From NCBI GenBank assembly GCA_025782575.1, contig JALGYY010000035.1, positions 340,670 through 404,669 on the forward strand: DNA of 64,000 nucleotides, in the 5' to 3' direction. Both the position numbers and the translations under genes were made by a program. This document shows positions 47,098 through 56,979 of this stretch, in pieces (the stretch's first letter is position 1; each line of letters starts with the position of its first letter). Under the pieces are notes generated by a model, which was not told the DNA's origin, did no database searches, and saw only the letters and a list, made by a program, of their open reading frames with translations. The DNA is from a bacterium (GTDB taxonomy: Bacteria; Orphanbacterota; Orphanbacteria; Orphanbacterales; Orphanbacteraceae).

Positions 47098-50058
47098 CTA
47101 CTTCACAAGCAACATCTTTTTCGTTTCGGAAAACTCGCCACTCGTCAATTTATAGAAGTAGACCCCCGATGAGACTGGCTTACCTTTCAAATCCGTCCCG
47201 TCCCACGCTGTCTCGTAGCGGCCCGCTTTCTGCGTTCCGTCAATCAGGGTCCGGACACGGCGACCACCTACATTGAAAACTTCCATAGTGACCCGCCCTT
47301 CCCTGGGAATGGCATAGGCGATACGGGTAGTAGGATTGAACGGATTGGGATGGTTCCCGTCAAGTGAGTACGCTCTCGGCGCCAACCCTGCAATTTCGTC
47401 GGCCGACCCGCCGATTCCGGTCGCGATACCAGGACGGACGAATCGGAACTCATCGACTCCGGCGTGAATTCTTGTGGGCGCCCCGGTATCCCGGGCTACG
47501 AATCGAAACTGCACACTGTCGATTGTGCCGAACATCGCGCCGAGATCGAGTTCGACTTCGACCCAGGATTCCGTTCCCGTTTCAACGTGTTCGATCTCGG
47601 TCCAGCTTGAACCGCCGTCCACACTGACAACCGGATCCCACACTTCATCCAGGGTCTCCAGCGGGCCGTCGGCTCCGAAGTTATTGGAATACCAGCGGTG
47701 ATAGCGAGCCACAACGCCCGGCGATCCGCCCAATTGATAGAACGGAGAGTAGAGCGTGGTCTTCCCTTCCTTTACCTCGTTATTTGCACCTGTCGGACCG
47801 GTGAAGAAGCAGTTTATTCCGTCAGGCGTGACGTCGTCCTCCGGCCTTGTGGCCTTCATCACAGGGTCGCCGTTCGCCCAGATGCCTTTCGTGGCATCGT
47901 CAGTCGAGTCGCCGAGTGTCCACCCGCCTACGCTCTCACAAGGATCGTAGATGAAGACCACGTCGTACCAGTGGTTGTTTGCCGGGGCGTTAGGAGGACT
48001 CCAGTTCACATGGAACACCGAATCCGCTGCTTCGACATAGTACTGTACCCGAGAGCCCTGAACCTGCGCCGGGATCGAAGCGTCGTATTCATCAGGATTC
48101 GCCGTAGCGGTCATCGAAACGGACGAAAAAACGCCTCCGTCCACGTTGTAGTAGAGCGTGACCGATGAAGGATCGATCCCCCCGCTCAATCCCTCGACAA
48201 GCGCGGTAACCGTGCGTGCGCTCAGCGTGTCGGTGGTCGAAGGAAGGCCGGCGTGAGTGATCTGGACACCGGCGGAAATCACAGGAACAGTAAACCCGAT
48301 TTCCTCGGCCGCCCCTGCGAATTCGACGAAATTGGGAGTCCCCGTGTCGAGATCGCCATCATTGTCATCATAGATAAACGTCCACGTTACCTGATCCTGG
48401 ACGTTAGAAGGTATTCCGGCCGAACGGCTCTGCTGCCAGATGATCGGGAGGAGCGAGTCTGTAAATGTTTCGCCATAGGAGGTGATCATCCGGTTCCGGG
48501 TCTCCCAGAAGTACGCTGAAATCGCCTGGCCGTCATGATGGCCTGAGCCGTTATTGTCATCCGGGAATACGTAGCCCATGCTTGCGCTACGGATCCCGTG
48601 GTTGCAGGCCCCGTTAGTGAAACCGATGCCGAGGGTGGGCCGCTTCAAAAGGAGCAAGCTGATCACATCGGAGTTGCCTTCGCTCTGGGCACTGCTGAAA
48701 GGGTTTCCGGAATAGGTCCACTGAGAAATTCCGTGGCCGTACTCATGGTAGATCACGTCACCCAGCAAGGCCGTGTTTGCGAACGATGGCGATCCGAGAC
48801 AGTAGTTCGTGGAGGCACCGTCCCACCAGGCATTACCAGGGCAGAATCCGTCGGTCCTCTCCAGATTGACTGTCATTTTGAAGTCATCGGCTGTCATGGC
48901 CGGATCGATTTCCTGCAACTTGTCGCGCACAACCCAGTGGTGGTACCAGGCGTCTCTTTCCGCCGCTCGTGAGTTGCTGTCGTCCCAGTAGAAATCAGCC
49001 ACCTCTTCGACGAGAAGATCGATCGTATCACCGGAGATGGGAGGGCCGTTGGCGATCGTCTGAATGAACCTCGGACCGTTGAAACGGATGTCCACCGTCA
49101 CGCTGCCGGTCTCAGCTGTCGTAAAACTCCAGAGGCCGTCATCAGAAGTATTGGTACGCTGACCATCCGACAGATTGACGAACTGCTTCTTGAGGGGCAG
49201 ATTGTCCAGCGTTCCGCAGTAGTCCGGGTTATCGACATCAGCCCGAATCGATCCCGAAACCGTCGCCATTTCATATGTCTGCCGGCGAGCGTAGATCTCC
49301 CCGGTATTGGCATCGATCCAGTTCTCCCATCCGCCGAACGGATTGCTCATGTGGAGAATCACCTTCCAGGTGGGGCGATAGACGTAGCCGTCTCCCTCTT
49401 CCTGCGGGTAGATGAAGAGTTCAGGATCCTCTCGCATGAAGTCGAAATCATCCACGAATGACATGTCCCCTTTGGCGATCGCTACCGCCTCCTGCTCGGA
49501 GATCAGCCCTTCCACATCGGCTTCCATACCGGGATGAAAGTCCGACCCGATCGCAAAGATCCGGCCCGACTCGGTCATCACCACATGGGCACGACCGCCG
49601 TATACCCAGAGTCCTTCATATATCTCTCGAAATACGACCGACCACTTCCCATTCGTTCCGACCGTCCAGGGCTCGCCCAATCGGCCCGCACTCAGGTGAA
49701 GCAGGTCCTCGTTTTCAGTCAGGAATGTGCGCGCAATTTCTTCGGCCCTTGTCTTGTCGGCCACATGCTCGTTCACATAGTTGAACCCGCTTCCGAGGAT
49801 GTGGTGGGGAGTTCCCAGGATCGGATCCCGTTGGATGGCCCAGTTCCCACCGAAGCGATTCTTGAATTCCTGCAGGTCAGGATCGATCCGCTCTTCGCTA
49901 CGGACGAAGCGTTCGAACACCTTCTCCTGGATACCCGATTTGCCGAACTCGAGCGCCTGCTGGGATTCGGCCGGCCGGAATGCGGCCGATGGTGACACCA
50001 GGAGCGCCGACAGGCATAGAAATGCGAAAACTCTGCGATCTAGAGACATACACTCCAC
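47098..50058 (-). CDS. secreted zinc metalloprotease (HExxH; M4/M36-like with PepSY/FTP propeptide) carrying a T9SS C-terminal sorting domain
   Basis: Signal peptide, HEYGH zinc motif, and a C-terminal about 80 aa typical of the T9SS type-A CTD (NHPNPFNPTTRIAYAIP...SSGVYFYKLTSGEFSETKKMLLVK). Confidence 0.8.
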   Translation of the reverse strand: MECMSLDRRVFAFLCLSALLVSPSAAFRPAESQQALEFGKSGIQEKVFERFVRSEERIDPDLQEFKNRFGGNWAIQRDPILGTPHHILGSGFNYVNEHVADKTRAEEIARTFLTENEDLLHLSAGRLGEPWTVGTNGKWSVVFREIYEGLWVYGGRAHVVMTESGRIFAIGSDFHPGMEADVEGLISEQEAVAIAKGDMSFVDDFDFMREDPELFIYPQEEGDGYVYRPTWKVILHMSNPFGGWENWIDANTGEIYARRQTYEMATVSGSIRADVDNPDYCGTLDNLPLKKQFVNLSDGQRTNTSDDGLWSFTTAETGSVTVDIRFNGPRFIQTIANGPPISGDTIDLLVEEVADFYWDDSNSRAAERDAWYHHWVVRDKLQEIDPAMTADDFKMTVNLERTDGFCPGNAWWDGASTNYCLGSPSFANTALLGDVIYHEYGHGISQWTYSGNPFSSAQSEGNSDVISLLLLKRPTLGIGFTNGACNHGIRSASMGYVFPDDNNGSGHHDGQAISAYFWETRNRMITSYGETFTDSLLPIIWQQSRSAGIPSNVQDQVTWTFIYDDNDGDLDTGTPNFVEFAGAAEEIGFTVPVISAGVQITHAGLPSTTDTLSARTVTALVEGLSGGIDPSSVTLYYNVDGGVFSSVSMTATANPDEYDASIPAQVQGSRVQYYVEAADSVFHVNWSPPNAPANNHWYDVVFIYDPCESVGGWTLGDSTDDATKGIWANGDPVMKATRPEDDVTPDGINCFFTGPTGANNEVKEGKTTLYSPFYQLGGSPGVVARYHRWYSNNFGADGPLETLDEVWDPVVSVDGGSSWTEIEHVETGTESWVEVELDLGAMFGTIDSVQFRFVARDTGAPTRIHAGVDEFRFVRPGIATGIGGSADEIAGLAPRAYSLDGNHPNPFNPTTRIAYAIPREGRVTMEVFNVGGRRVRTLIDGTQKAGRYETAWDGTDLKGKPVSSGVYFYKLTSGEFSETKKMLLVK

Positions 50059-50214
50059 CCTTCAGCTGTTGGGAGACAAGCTGGAACATTCATTTCGGCT
50101 GGAGCAGCCGATCTGGGGGTTCTAGAGTAACTATATCAAAACCGGTGCAAAAGAACGAGCAAAAAGCTCCTATCCTTTCAATATCAGGATCAGCGAAGCG
50201 GTGGGACAAACGGC

Positions 50215-51876
50215 TCAATCACCCAGGTAACCGAGGGCCTTCAGCCTCTCCAGGGCGGCAGGGTCGATTTCAACTGTATCAACTTCTACTGACCCGATCC
50301 CCGCTATCTCGGCCATCTTGAGGTCGAGTATCTTTTTGTGGATCGCGGCCTCCGCCGCCCTTTCGTACAAGAGGTTCTTTGTCTCACCCGGATCCTCGGT
50401 GAGATCGAAATAGAGATCGCCCGGGTCGATCTGGCCCTCGAAATTGATCACTCGAATGTACTTTCTATCTTTGGTCCGGATGCCGCGAATATCGTACGGC
50501 CCATATCGCTGCAGAAGCTCTTCATGGTAAGCAATGCGCTCCGGCCCGTCGTTGTTGCCGTAGACAAGGGGGAGCGCACTCCGGCCCCGGGCCGTTTCGT
50601 CGGGCTCCAGTCCGAGATACTCGAGAACGGTCGGGACGATATCTACACTGGAAACCACATCATCGATCTCCTGACCGGTCCGCCCCATAGGCGGGAATCG
50701 GACGGGAGAGGGAATCGAAAGCACCATCGGCACGTGAACGGAACCTTCATAGATGATCTTGTTGTGCCCCCAGAAACCGTGTTCCCAGAACTCCTCTCCA
50801 TGGTCGGAAGTGTAGATGACAAGCGTGTTTTCCCACTCGCCCCGCGTTTCAAGCGCGGAAACAAGCTTGCGCAGTTCGGAATCCCAGTAGGCGATCGCGC
50901 CGTCGTATTGGGCCAGAAGATTTTGGAGTACCCGTTGCTCGGGCTTGCCGAGTTCATGCTTCCAATCCGAAACAGGCGCTTGGTCCCACTCCGGATCGAA
51001 CAGTTTCTGGTAAGCAGGAGGCGGCTCATACGGATTGTGAGGATCGATATAGAAAAGAAAACCGAAGAGGGGTCGATCTTCCTCTCTTCCGTCAATCCAG
51101 TTCAGGAACTTACCGTTCACACGGCCGGCCGGAGTGTGGGCCCAGTTCGGGTCATGTTCGAACTTGTCGAAACCCTGTGAGTATCCCTGCCGTGGTCCCA
51201 GGTGGGGATTGGTGGCGTAGCCATAGGTCTGATAGCCGGCATCGCTCAGGTATTCGGATAAGAGGGTGAATCGACTGGAAAGCACGTTCGAATAGCTCAC
51301 GATGCCATGCTGACTCGGATAAACGGATGCGAGGATACAGGGCGTGGAAACGATGGTGTGCGTCCCCTGTGAAACACCGTTCGTAAAGACGACAAGTTCG
51401 TCCCGCTGAGAGTCGAGATAGGGTGTGGTTTCGACCTGATATCCATAGAGGGACAGATGATCCGCTCTGGTAGCATCGGTGACAAGTAGAAGGACGTTCG
51501 GCTCCCCTCGCGTGTTCATGGGGACGAGAATCGCGAAGAGGATACCGGTAGCCAGGAGGCTCGTCCCGTAGGCGATCCCCCTGCTCCGGAACAACCGGTT
51601 CCCGGCAATCACAGCTGGAATTCCGACAAGGAACCCGAGTCCGAGGAACGCTGCCCAGAACACTTTCATCTGGTCAGGAGCCAGGCCGCCGTATGGAATG
51701 GCCATGATCTGCCATAATGCCGCTGCCGCGCCTATGACGATCCCGATCCCCCCCCCGATCAGGGGATTCGCCTTCTCGACCGGAGGGAAGTCCTCCAGAT
51801 CCTCCTCAAGATGATCCACCAAACCATCCTCCCTTGACCGGCGTCCGACTACAGAAACGGGAACATGGTAGCACAA
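50215..51876 (-). CDS. membrane-anchored sulfatase-family hydrolase/transferase (alkaline-phosphatase superfamily)
   Basis: Three N-terminal TM helices then a sulfatase core (LLLVTDATRADHL, SQHG). TTG start, uncertain. Confidence 0.7.
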   Translation of the reverse strand: MCYHVPVSVVGRRSREDGLVDHLEEDLEDFPPVEKANPLIGGGIGIVIGAAAALWQIMAIPYGGLAPDQMKVFWAAFLGLGFLVGIPAVIAGNRLFRSRGIAYGTSLLATGILFAILVPMNTRGEPNVLLLVTDATRADHLSLYGYQVETTPYLDSQRDELVVFTNGVSQGTHTIVSTPCILASVYPSQHGIVSYSNVLSSRFTLLSEYLSDAGYQTYGYATNPHLGPRQGYSQGFDKFEHDPNWAHTPAGRVNGKFLNWIDGREEDRPLFGFLFYIDPHNPYEPPPAYQKLFDPEWDQAPVSDWKHELGKPEQRVLQNLLAQYDGAIAYWDSELRKLVSALETRGEWENTLVIYTSDHGEEFWEHGFWGHNKIIYEGSVHVPMVLSIPSPVRFPPMGRTGQEIDDVVSSVDIVPTVLEYLGLEPDETARGRSALPLVYGNNDGPERIAYHEELLQRYGPYDIRGIRTKDRKYIRVINFEGQIDPGDLYFDLTEDPGETKNLLYERAAEAAIHKKILDLKMAEIAGIGSVEVDTVEIDPAALERLKALGYLGD

Positions 51877-51934
51877 CGGAATGACCGCGCGGAGAGTGAA
51901 GAAGCGAGAGGGTCACGGCCCGGGATCGGGCCTT

Positions 51935-52744
51935 TCAATACTGTCCGAGAGTACCGTCCCGTCTCGCCCGGTTAATGGCGAAACGAGCGGCGAGAATGCC
52001 TACGAAGAGGGCCACGACCGTAAACGCTATGAGTGAGAGCAGCTCTCTTTGCAGGCTCCCGAGACCGTGACCGCTCAGAAGAGACATGCGCATCCCTTCG
52101 AGCGAATAGGTGAGTGGAATGAATTTCGCAGCATCCTGGAGCCAGTCCGGAAGTACGGTGAGCGGAAAATAGACACCCCCGAGAAGACGGCTGAGAGAAG
52201 TGAAAATCCAGTTCACCGGGTTGCCCCGTTTCATGACCAGAATAAAACTCGCAGCCAGAATGCCGAGGGAAGAAAATGAAACGACGGTCAGGGAGAGAAA
52301 GATCAGTGCCACCGGAATATTCGGATTAGTGAGGCGGAGATCGAAGAAGAGAACACCGACAATGAGATAGAGAACGATCTGGAAGGAGGCCCAGATGAAA
52401 CTCCACATCGATGATGATATCAGATAGGTGGAAAATCGCGTCGGTGTGGAGAGAACCGCCTCGAGCGTGCCGAGCACCTGCTCCTCTCGAATCCGGGCGG
52501 AGAACGAATTCAGTCCCGTGGAGAGGTAGTTGGAGACAGCGACGCCGATCAGCACGAACGAGAAGTAATCGCCGCCATATTTCTCCAGGTAGGGATTCAT
52601 TGTCGTATCTATCAACTGCGCGAGAAAATAGAACATGGTCAGCGTGAGCGCGACAGCAAGAAACTGCATCACAAACGCGAGGCGATAGCTCGAAGCTACG
52701 ACGAGATCTTTCCAGAGAAATGCATACGGTTTGCTCCGATTCAT
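51935..52744 (-). CDS. ABC-2 type exporter permease
   Basis: Six-TM ABC-2 permease. ATGA overlap with the ATPase gene. Confidence 0.8.
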   Translation of the reverse strand: MNRSKPYAFLWKDLVVASSYRLAFVMQFLAVALTLTMFYFLAQLIDTTMNPYLEKYGGDYFSFVLIGVAVSNYLSTGLNSFSARIREEQVLGTLEAVLSTPTRFSTYLISSSMWSFIWASFQIVLYLIVGVLFFDLRLTNPNIPVALIFLSLTVVSFSSLGILAASFILVMKRGNPVNWIFTSLSRLLGGVYFPLTVLPDWLQDAAKFIPLTYSLEGMRMSLLSGHGLGSLQRELLSLIAFTVVALFVGILAARFAINRARRDGTLGQY

Positions 52745-53739
52745 TCCTCCACCTTCCTCGAGTACCGCTTGTAGATTTCCTCGAGAGACCCTCGTTCGAT
52801 CTCAAGCCGGCGCATTGTTCCATAGCGACCGCTGAGGGCATGAATCAGACTCTCGGGACTGACATCAGGGCGGCCGAACCGGAGTTCGCAGCGGCCGATA
52901 CCAGGACCGGTCGGAATCAGTTCCAGATTCTCGAGATCCGGAAGGCTTCGGAGCGGCTCGAACCACCCCTCATCAGGATCCGTAACTTCGATACAGACCT
53001 CCAGATGGATCTCGAACTGCTCGACTACCTCATCCGGAGTTCCCGCCGCCAGCACGTGACCCTGATGGAGAAAAACGAGCTTGTCCGAGATTCGATCAAC
53101 AGCGCCGAGATCATGGCTCGCCAACAGAATGGCGCATCCCTCCTCATGGGCGAGATGGCGCAACCGATCTAAAAACAGTGAGCAGGTGTAGGGGTCGAGA
53201 CCTCTCGTCGGCTCATCGAGAATCATGATGGGCTGGCTGCCGATCAGAGCTCTTACTACCGATAACTTCTGCTTCGTCCCGGTGGAATATGTCATGAATC
53301 GAGAATCGATCTCCCGGATCTGAAGCAGCTCCGCCAGTTCGTCGATTCCCTGTCGAATCGTTTTTTCGTCTATGCCTCGGAGTTTCCCGAAGAATCGGAG
53401 ATTCTGGCGGCCGGTCAGGCGGTAATAGAAGCTCCGTTCCTCGGCCATGCAGATACCCAGGCGACTTCTGGTATAGAGGCTGTCCCGGACCGTATCCCGT
53501 CCGTCCACGAGTGCCTCGCCTTCGCCGGGCAGGATGAGCGAGGCGAGGATTTTGAGAGCGGTCGACTTGCCGGAACCGTTCGGGCCTAGCAGGGCTACGA
53601 TTTCGCCCGGGTCGACATGGAAGCTGACATTCTCGAGAGCCTGAATCGATTCCCTCCGAAAGGGATTGCGGAAGAGCGCATCCAGACCACGCTTCACCGG
53701 ATAAGCTTTCGATACCGACTTCAATTCGATGGCGTGCAA
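52741..53739 (-). CDS. ABC transporter ATP-binding protein
   Basis: Walker A GPNGSGKST, signature YSTGTKQK, Walker B MILDEP. TTG start after GGAGGA. Confidence 0.9.
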   Translation of the reverse strand: MHAIELKSVSKAYPVKRGLDALFRNPFRRESIQALENVSFHVDPGEIVALLGPNGSGKSTALKILASLILPGEGEALVDGRDTVRDSLYTRSRLGICMAEERSFYYRLTGRQNLRFFGKLRGIDEKTIRQGIDELAELLQIREIDSRFMTYSTGTKQKLSVVRALIGSQPIMILDEPTRGLDPYTCSLFLDRLRHLAHEEGCAILLASHDLGAVDRISDKLVFLHQGHVLAAGTPDEVVEQFEIHLEVCIEVTDPDEGWFEPLRSLPDLENLELIPTGPGIGRCELRFGRPDVSPESLIHALSGRYGTMRRLEIERGSLEEIYKRYSRKVEE

Positions 53740-53771
53740 ACTCGTTCCTCCAGATATCGCTGCCGACTCGT

Positions 53772-54956
53772 TCAGTGAAGACGCCGGAACGGGGAGACTA
53801 TCAGATTCGAAATGACGTCGATCAAAGAAATAAAGCCGGACAAATGTCGCCTGACACGACGTGACACGGGGATCGGCTCTTCCTTCGTATAGTAGAGTTC
53901 GGCGCTATAAGCTTCATCCGGAAAGACAAGCCTCCAGGCGAAGTCGGATAGCTTGTGATCACCGAAGTACGCGGAAGACCAGATTCGGAATCGGAGTTCG
54001 CGGCCCGACGAAATGGGAAAGAAGTCAGACCCGCGATAACGGGATGCGAATCGCTCCACCCGGGACGGCATGGTGGTGTCGTAACGGGGATCACCCCAGA
54101 AGCGGCGGAGAAAGAGGAGCGCCGCCTGCGTCTCCTCTCGCATGCCCCACAATTCGGCGTGCCGGATCACATGATCCGCCGTAATGGAAGGTTGAGCATG
54201 AAAGAGTCTATCGAGATCGACGAGTCGCTTCAGAGATAAATAGTGAGACATGCGCAGACTTGCCATTACATAGACGATCTCATCGAGAGGGGCGAGAAGT
54301 TCGATCGGCGATCCGCCTAAACTTCCCTCGATACGCCGACGGAACAATTTCGACGTATCGACCCGAAGGCTGAACGGATTGTGGAGCAGATTCCAGTGGA
54401 GTTCCACTACGTCGACTGTCTTTCTTCGCCTGACATAGACGACATGAAAGTGATGGCGCCGGTAGAAGCCCCTTGAGTGCACGAGTTCGAAGAGCGCGTA
54501 GCCGAGTGATTCAAGAAGGCGCTCGGCTGTGGCGAGCTGCTCCGGAGGCACGAGCAGATCAAGATCGCGCACATCACGCAGCGAGGAATCGCCGTAGTTT
54601 CGCTCGGCCAGCGGGAGACCCTTCAGAACCAGACAGTGGACCTCCCCCTTCCGAAAGTGCCCGAGAACTTCCTTCAATTCATGTTCTCGAAGAAGGGATC
54701 GAACGATGCTCTTCTCCGATTCGTTCAGGAGACGGTCGACGAGACTGGGCGGTGCGAGTTCGCGCAGCCAATCCGTCTTCAGAATGGCAGAGGCTGCGAG
54801 AGGGACGATCTTAGTAGAGAACAAGAGTTCCTCGAAGCGGTCCCAGACGAACCATCGAGAATCGGCGATGATGGCCCCGATTCTCGTCCGATCGAGTTCC
54901 ACTCGGAGCACTTCCCTGACAAGGTCCATTTCAGAAGACAGACGGACACCGTTCAT
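53772..54956 (-). CDS. nucleotidyltransferase-family protein (PF14907/NTP_transf_5-like), RiPP-associated
   Basis: 394 aa with nucleotidyltransferase-fold motifs (GS..LRDVRDLDLLV). ATGA overlap with the B2-like gene stop. Confidence 0.65.
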   Translation of the reverse strand: MNGVRLSSEMDLVREVLRVELDRTRIGAIIADSRWFVWDRFEELLFSTKIVPLAASAILKTDWLRELAPPSLVDRLLNESEKSIVRSLLREHELKEVLGHFRKGEVHCLVLKGLPLAERNYGDSSLRDVRDLDLLVPPEQLATAERLLESLGYALFELVHSRGFYRRHHFHVVYVRRRKTVDVVELHWNLLHNPFSLRVDTSKLFRRRIEGSLGGSPIELLAPLDEIVYVMASLRMSHYLSLKRLVDLDRLFHAQPSITADHVIRHAELWGMREETQAALLFLRRFWGDPRYDTTMPSRVERFASRYRGSDFFPISSGRELRFRIWSSAYFGDHKLSDFAWRLVFPDEAYSAELYYTKEEPIPVSRRVRRHLSGFISLIDVISNLIVSPFRRLH

Positions 54957-55477
54957 TCCTTCCGCCCCCGATCCCGGGCAAAATAGGCGCTGTGATCAGC
55001 GTCACCCCCTATCGCTCCGTTTCTAGGGAGCGAAAACAGGGAAACGAACTTCGCGATGTCTTCATCGGTCTCCAGAAAAGGCTTTCCTTCGAGGGTGAGC
55101 CAGGAGTGTCCCTCCCATCCCTCTTCCCGGGGATCGACGCCGAAAGAGACCCGGACCGGTACGCCGCTCCGGCGGAAGAGATGGGAGAGCAGCAGGCACC
55201 GGCGAAGGCAGGTGCGTTTGAACGGGAAGAGAGGGGAGCGCAACAGCTTCTCGGTAAGGGCGTAGGAAATAGCCGCGCCTTCGATGTGGGGCTCCACTCC
55301 TTCGGGTAAGCCGGTTGTGGGAAAGAGGCTCTCCACCGGCCTCCAGGGGAGAAGCAGAAAAAGACGAATCGCTGTGAGGGTCGACCTGAGAATATGCCAG
55401 AAATTTGGCGGCCGAAGGAGTACATGCCCAGGGAGCGAGTACTCGACGATCGCTCTTTCCAGGTGAGGCACTTCCAT
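54953..55477 (-). CDS. lasso-peptide B2-like transglutaminase-fold cysteine peptidase
   Basis: Cys-His-Asp triad context: CLRRCLLLSHLFRRSGVPVRVSFGV...GHSWLTLEGKPF...ETD. Confidence 0.7.
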   Translation of the reverse strand: MEVPHLERAIVEYSLPGHVLLRPPNFWHILRSTLTAIRLFLLLPWRPVESLFPTTGLPEGVEPHIEGAAISYALTEKLLRSPLFPFKRTCLRRCLLLSHLFRRSGVPVRVSFGVDPREEGWEGHSWLTLEGKPFLETDEDIAKFVSLFSLPRNGAIGGDADHSAYFARDRGRKE

Positions 55478-55503
55478 GAGATGGGTTCCATGCGTCCGGG
55501 GTG

Positions 55504-56466
55504 CTAGAGCAGGTCCTCGCGGATCCGATCAGCCAGCGACCGGGCATCCCCCCCGAAGAGGAGCCGGTAAGGCTGTACGCCATCTACCATTTCGCCTAGT
55601 ACGTCGATGTGATTCTGAACGAGCTCTTTCGCGGCAGGCAACACCGATTGCGGAATGAGCCTGATCAGCGCTTCCTCTTTCGTCACCGGTTCGAATGTCG
55701 TCCGGGGCTCCGTCACGACTTCAGGAAAAAGAAGCAGACTAGGTGCCACGCCGCCTCTTCTTCCCCCGCCGGGAAGGTCGGCCTCCTCCAATATAAGTTT
55801 TCCCATCTCCGAGGTGAAGCGTTTCCCCCACTCGGGGAAGAACCTTTGGGATCCTCTGCCGATTTTGACCGGCTCCGGGAACGCATCCATGACAATCCCT
55901 TCATCGGATCTTGAAAGAAACAGAGTGTCGTCGGAAATGAGCGGACATCCCGACATGATCGCGGAGAGCGCGGAGGTGGACTTCCCGGAACCGCTCATTC
56001 CGCTCACAACCACGCCCCGCTGATCGACCAGGAAGCCGGCGCCATGCAATGGGAAATGTCCTCGCTTTCGCATCCATTCAATCAGGGGAAGATAAAAGAG
56101 CCTGTGCCCGATGATCCATGAATTGGATTCATGGTCCGGATGAACGAGACACTCCACCGTACCGCTCTCCAGGTCGCACCGAGCAAGAGAACGTTTCTCG
56201 ACGACAATCAAAAGCTCGCCATCTTCGTCGTGTATGGTGAAGTCTCGAGCTGCGGAGAAAGAGAGGGGCTCACTGCGAGGCATGGCCGGCCGGCCGACTT
56301 CCTGCTGAAGGCGAAATTGATAGTGGAGGTCTGGCTCTCGACCGATGATATCGACCTCGAGCAGAGCGGCTGCGCGAAGAACCGATGCACGCACCGCTCG
56401 ACTCGGGCAGTCCACCTCGATCGTCTGATCGAGCAGCGCCAGACTGATCCTGTCCGGTCTGCTCAT
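55504..56466 (-). CDS. HPr kinase/phosphorylase C-terminal-domain-like kinase (HprK-related, RiPP-associated)
   Basis: P-loop GMSGSGKST in an HprK_C-like context (HGAGFLVDQRGVVVSGMSGSGKSTSALS...SDD). 2-nt gap to the PqqD gene stop. Confidence 0.75.
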   Translation of the reverse strand: MSRPDRISLALLDQTIEVDCPSRAVRASVLRAAALLEVDIIGREPDLHYQFRLQQEVGRPAMPRSEPLSFSAARDFTIHDEDGELLIVVEKRSLARCDLESGTVECLVHPDHESNSWIIGHRLFYLPLIEWMRKRGHFPLHGAGFLVDQRGVVVSGMSGSGKSTSALSAIMSGCPLISDDTLFLSRSDEGIVMDAFPEPVKIGRGSQRFFPEWGKRFTSEMGKLILEEADLPGGGRRGGVAPSLLLFPEVVTEPRTTFEPVTKEEALIRLIPQSVLPAAKELVQNHIDVLGEMVDGVQPYRLLFGGDARSLADRIREDLL

Positions 56467-56468
56467 CC

Positions 56469-56750
56469 CTAGTCGCTGATTGTGACGAGGCCGTCTTCCG
56501 CCAACCGCTCGGCCAATTCAATGCAGTCCGTAAGGGCGATCGACTCTTCCACGTCAAATGAACCGGCGAGCCGGCGGGCGATTTCGCGTACTGACCTCGT
56601 ACCATCAATCGCTTCCCATATGAACCGGCCGGTGCTGTTCAAGCTGAAGTAATAGCCACTTTTCAGATCGACGAGAATGCCTTTTCCATCCACGCTGCGG
56701 GAGGGGGCATCCGGTGATTGGGTCAATATGGTACCCTCTGAAATTGACAA
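56469..56750 (-). CDS. PqqD-family RiPP recognition element (lasso B1-like peptide chaperone)
   Basis: 93 aa. PqqD pattern GKGILVDLKSGYYFSLNSTGRFIWEAIDGTRSVREIARRLAGSFDV. TTG start 8 nt after AAGGGGG. Confidence 0.75.
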   Translation of the reverse strand: MSISEGTILTQSPDAPSRSVDGKGILVDLKSGYYFSLNSTGRFIWEAIDGTRSVREIARRLAGSFDVEESIALTDCIELAERLAEDGLVTISD

Positions 56751-56788
56751 TCTCTTACCCCCTTTTCATCCGCAGAGAGTCTGTCTCC

Positions 56789-56823
56789 AAAAAAAAGATG
56801 GGAAGGCAACGCCTTCCCATCTC
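56789..56823 (-). terminator. strong intrinsic terminator/attenuator between precursor genes and the PqqD gene
   Basis: Minus-strand hairpin GATGGGAAGGC-gtt-GCCTTCCCATC followed by TTTTTTTT. Confidence 0.6.
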
Positions 56824-56847
56824 TCACAATCGTTCGAATTTCGAAAA

Positions 56848-56979
56848 TCAGCCGCCGTCAACCGGATCGTGCAACTGCGTTTCAATAGCGGGAATGTGAA
56901 CCCTGGCAGTTGAAACAAGCGTGATTTCCCTGAGATTGTCATGCCGAATGATCTCAGGTGTTTCGTACGCTATTTTCAT
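56848..56979 (-). CDS. candidate RiPP precursor peptide A2 (43 aa: MKIAYETPEIIRHDNLREITLVSTARVHIPAIETQLHDPVDGG)
   Basis: Not in the ORF track (<60 aa). Start ATG overlaps the A1 stop (ATATGA). Shares the first ~27 residues with A1, then diverges. Confidence 0.5.
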   Translation of the reverse strand: MKIAYETPEIIRHDNLREITLVSTARVHIPAIETQLHDPVDGG

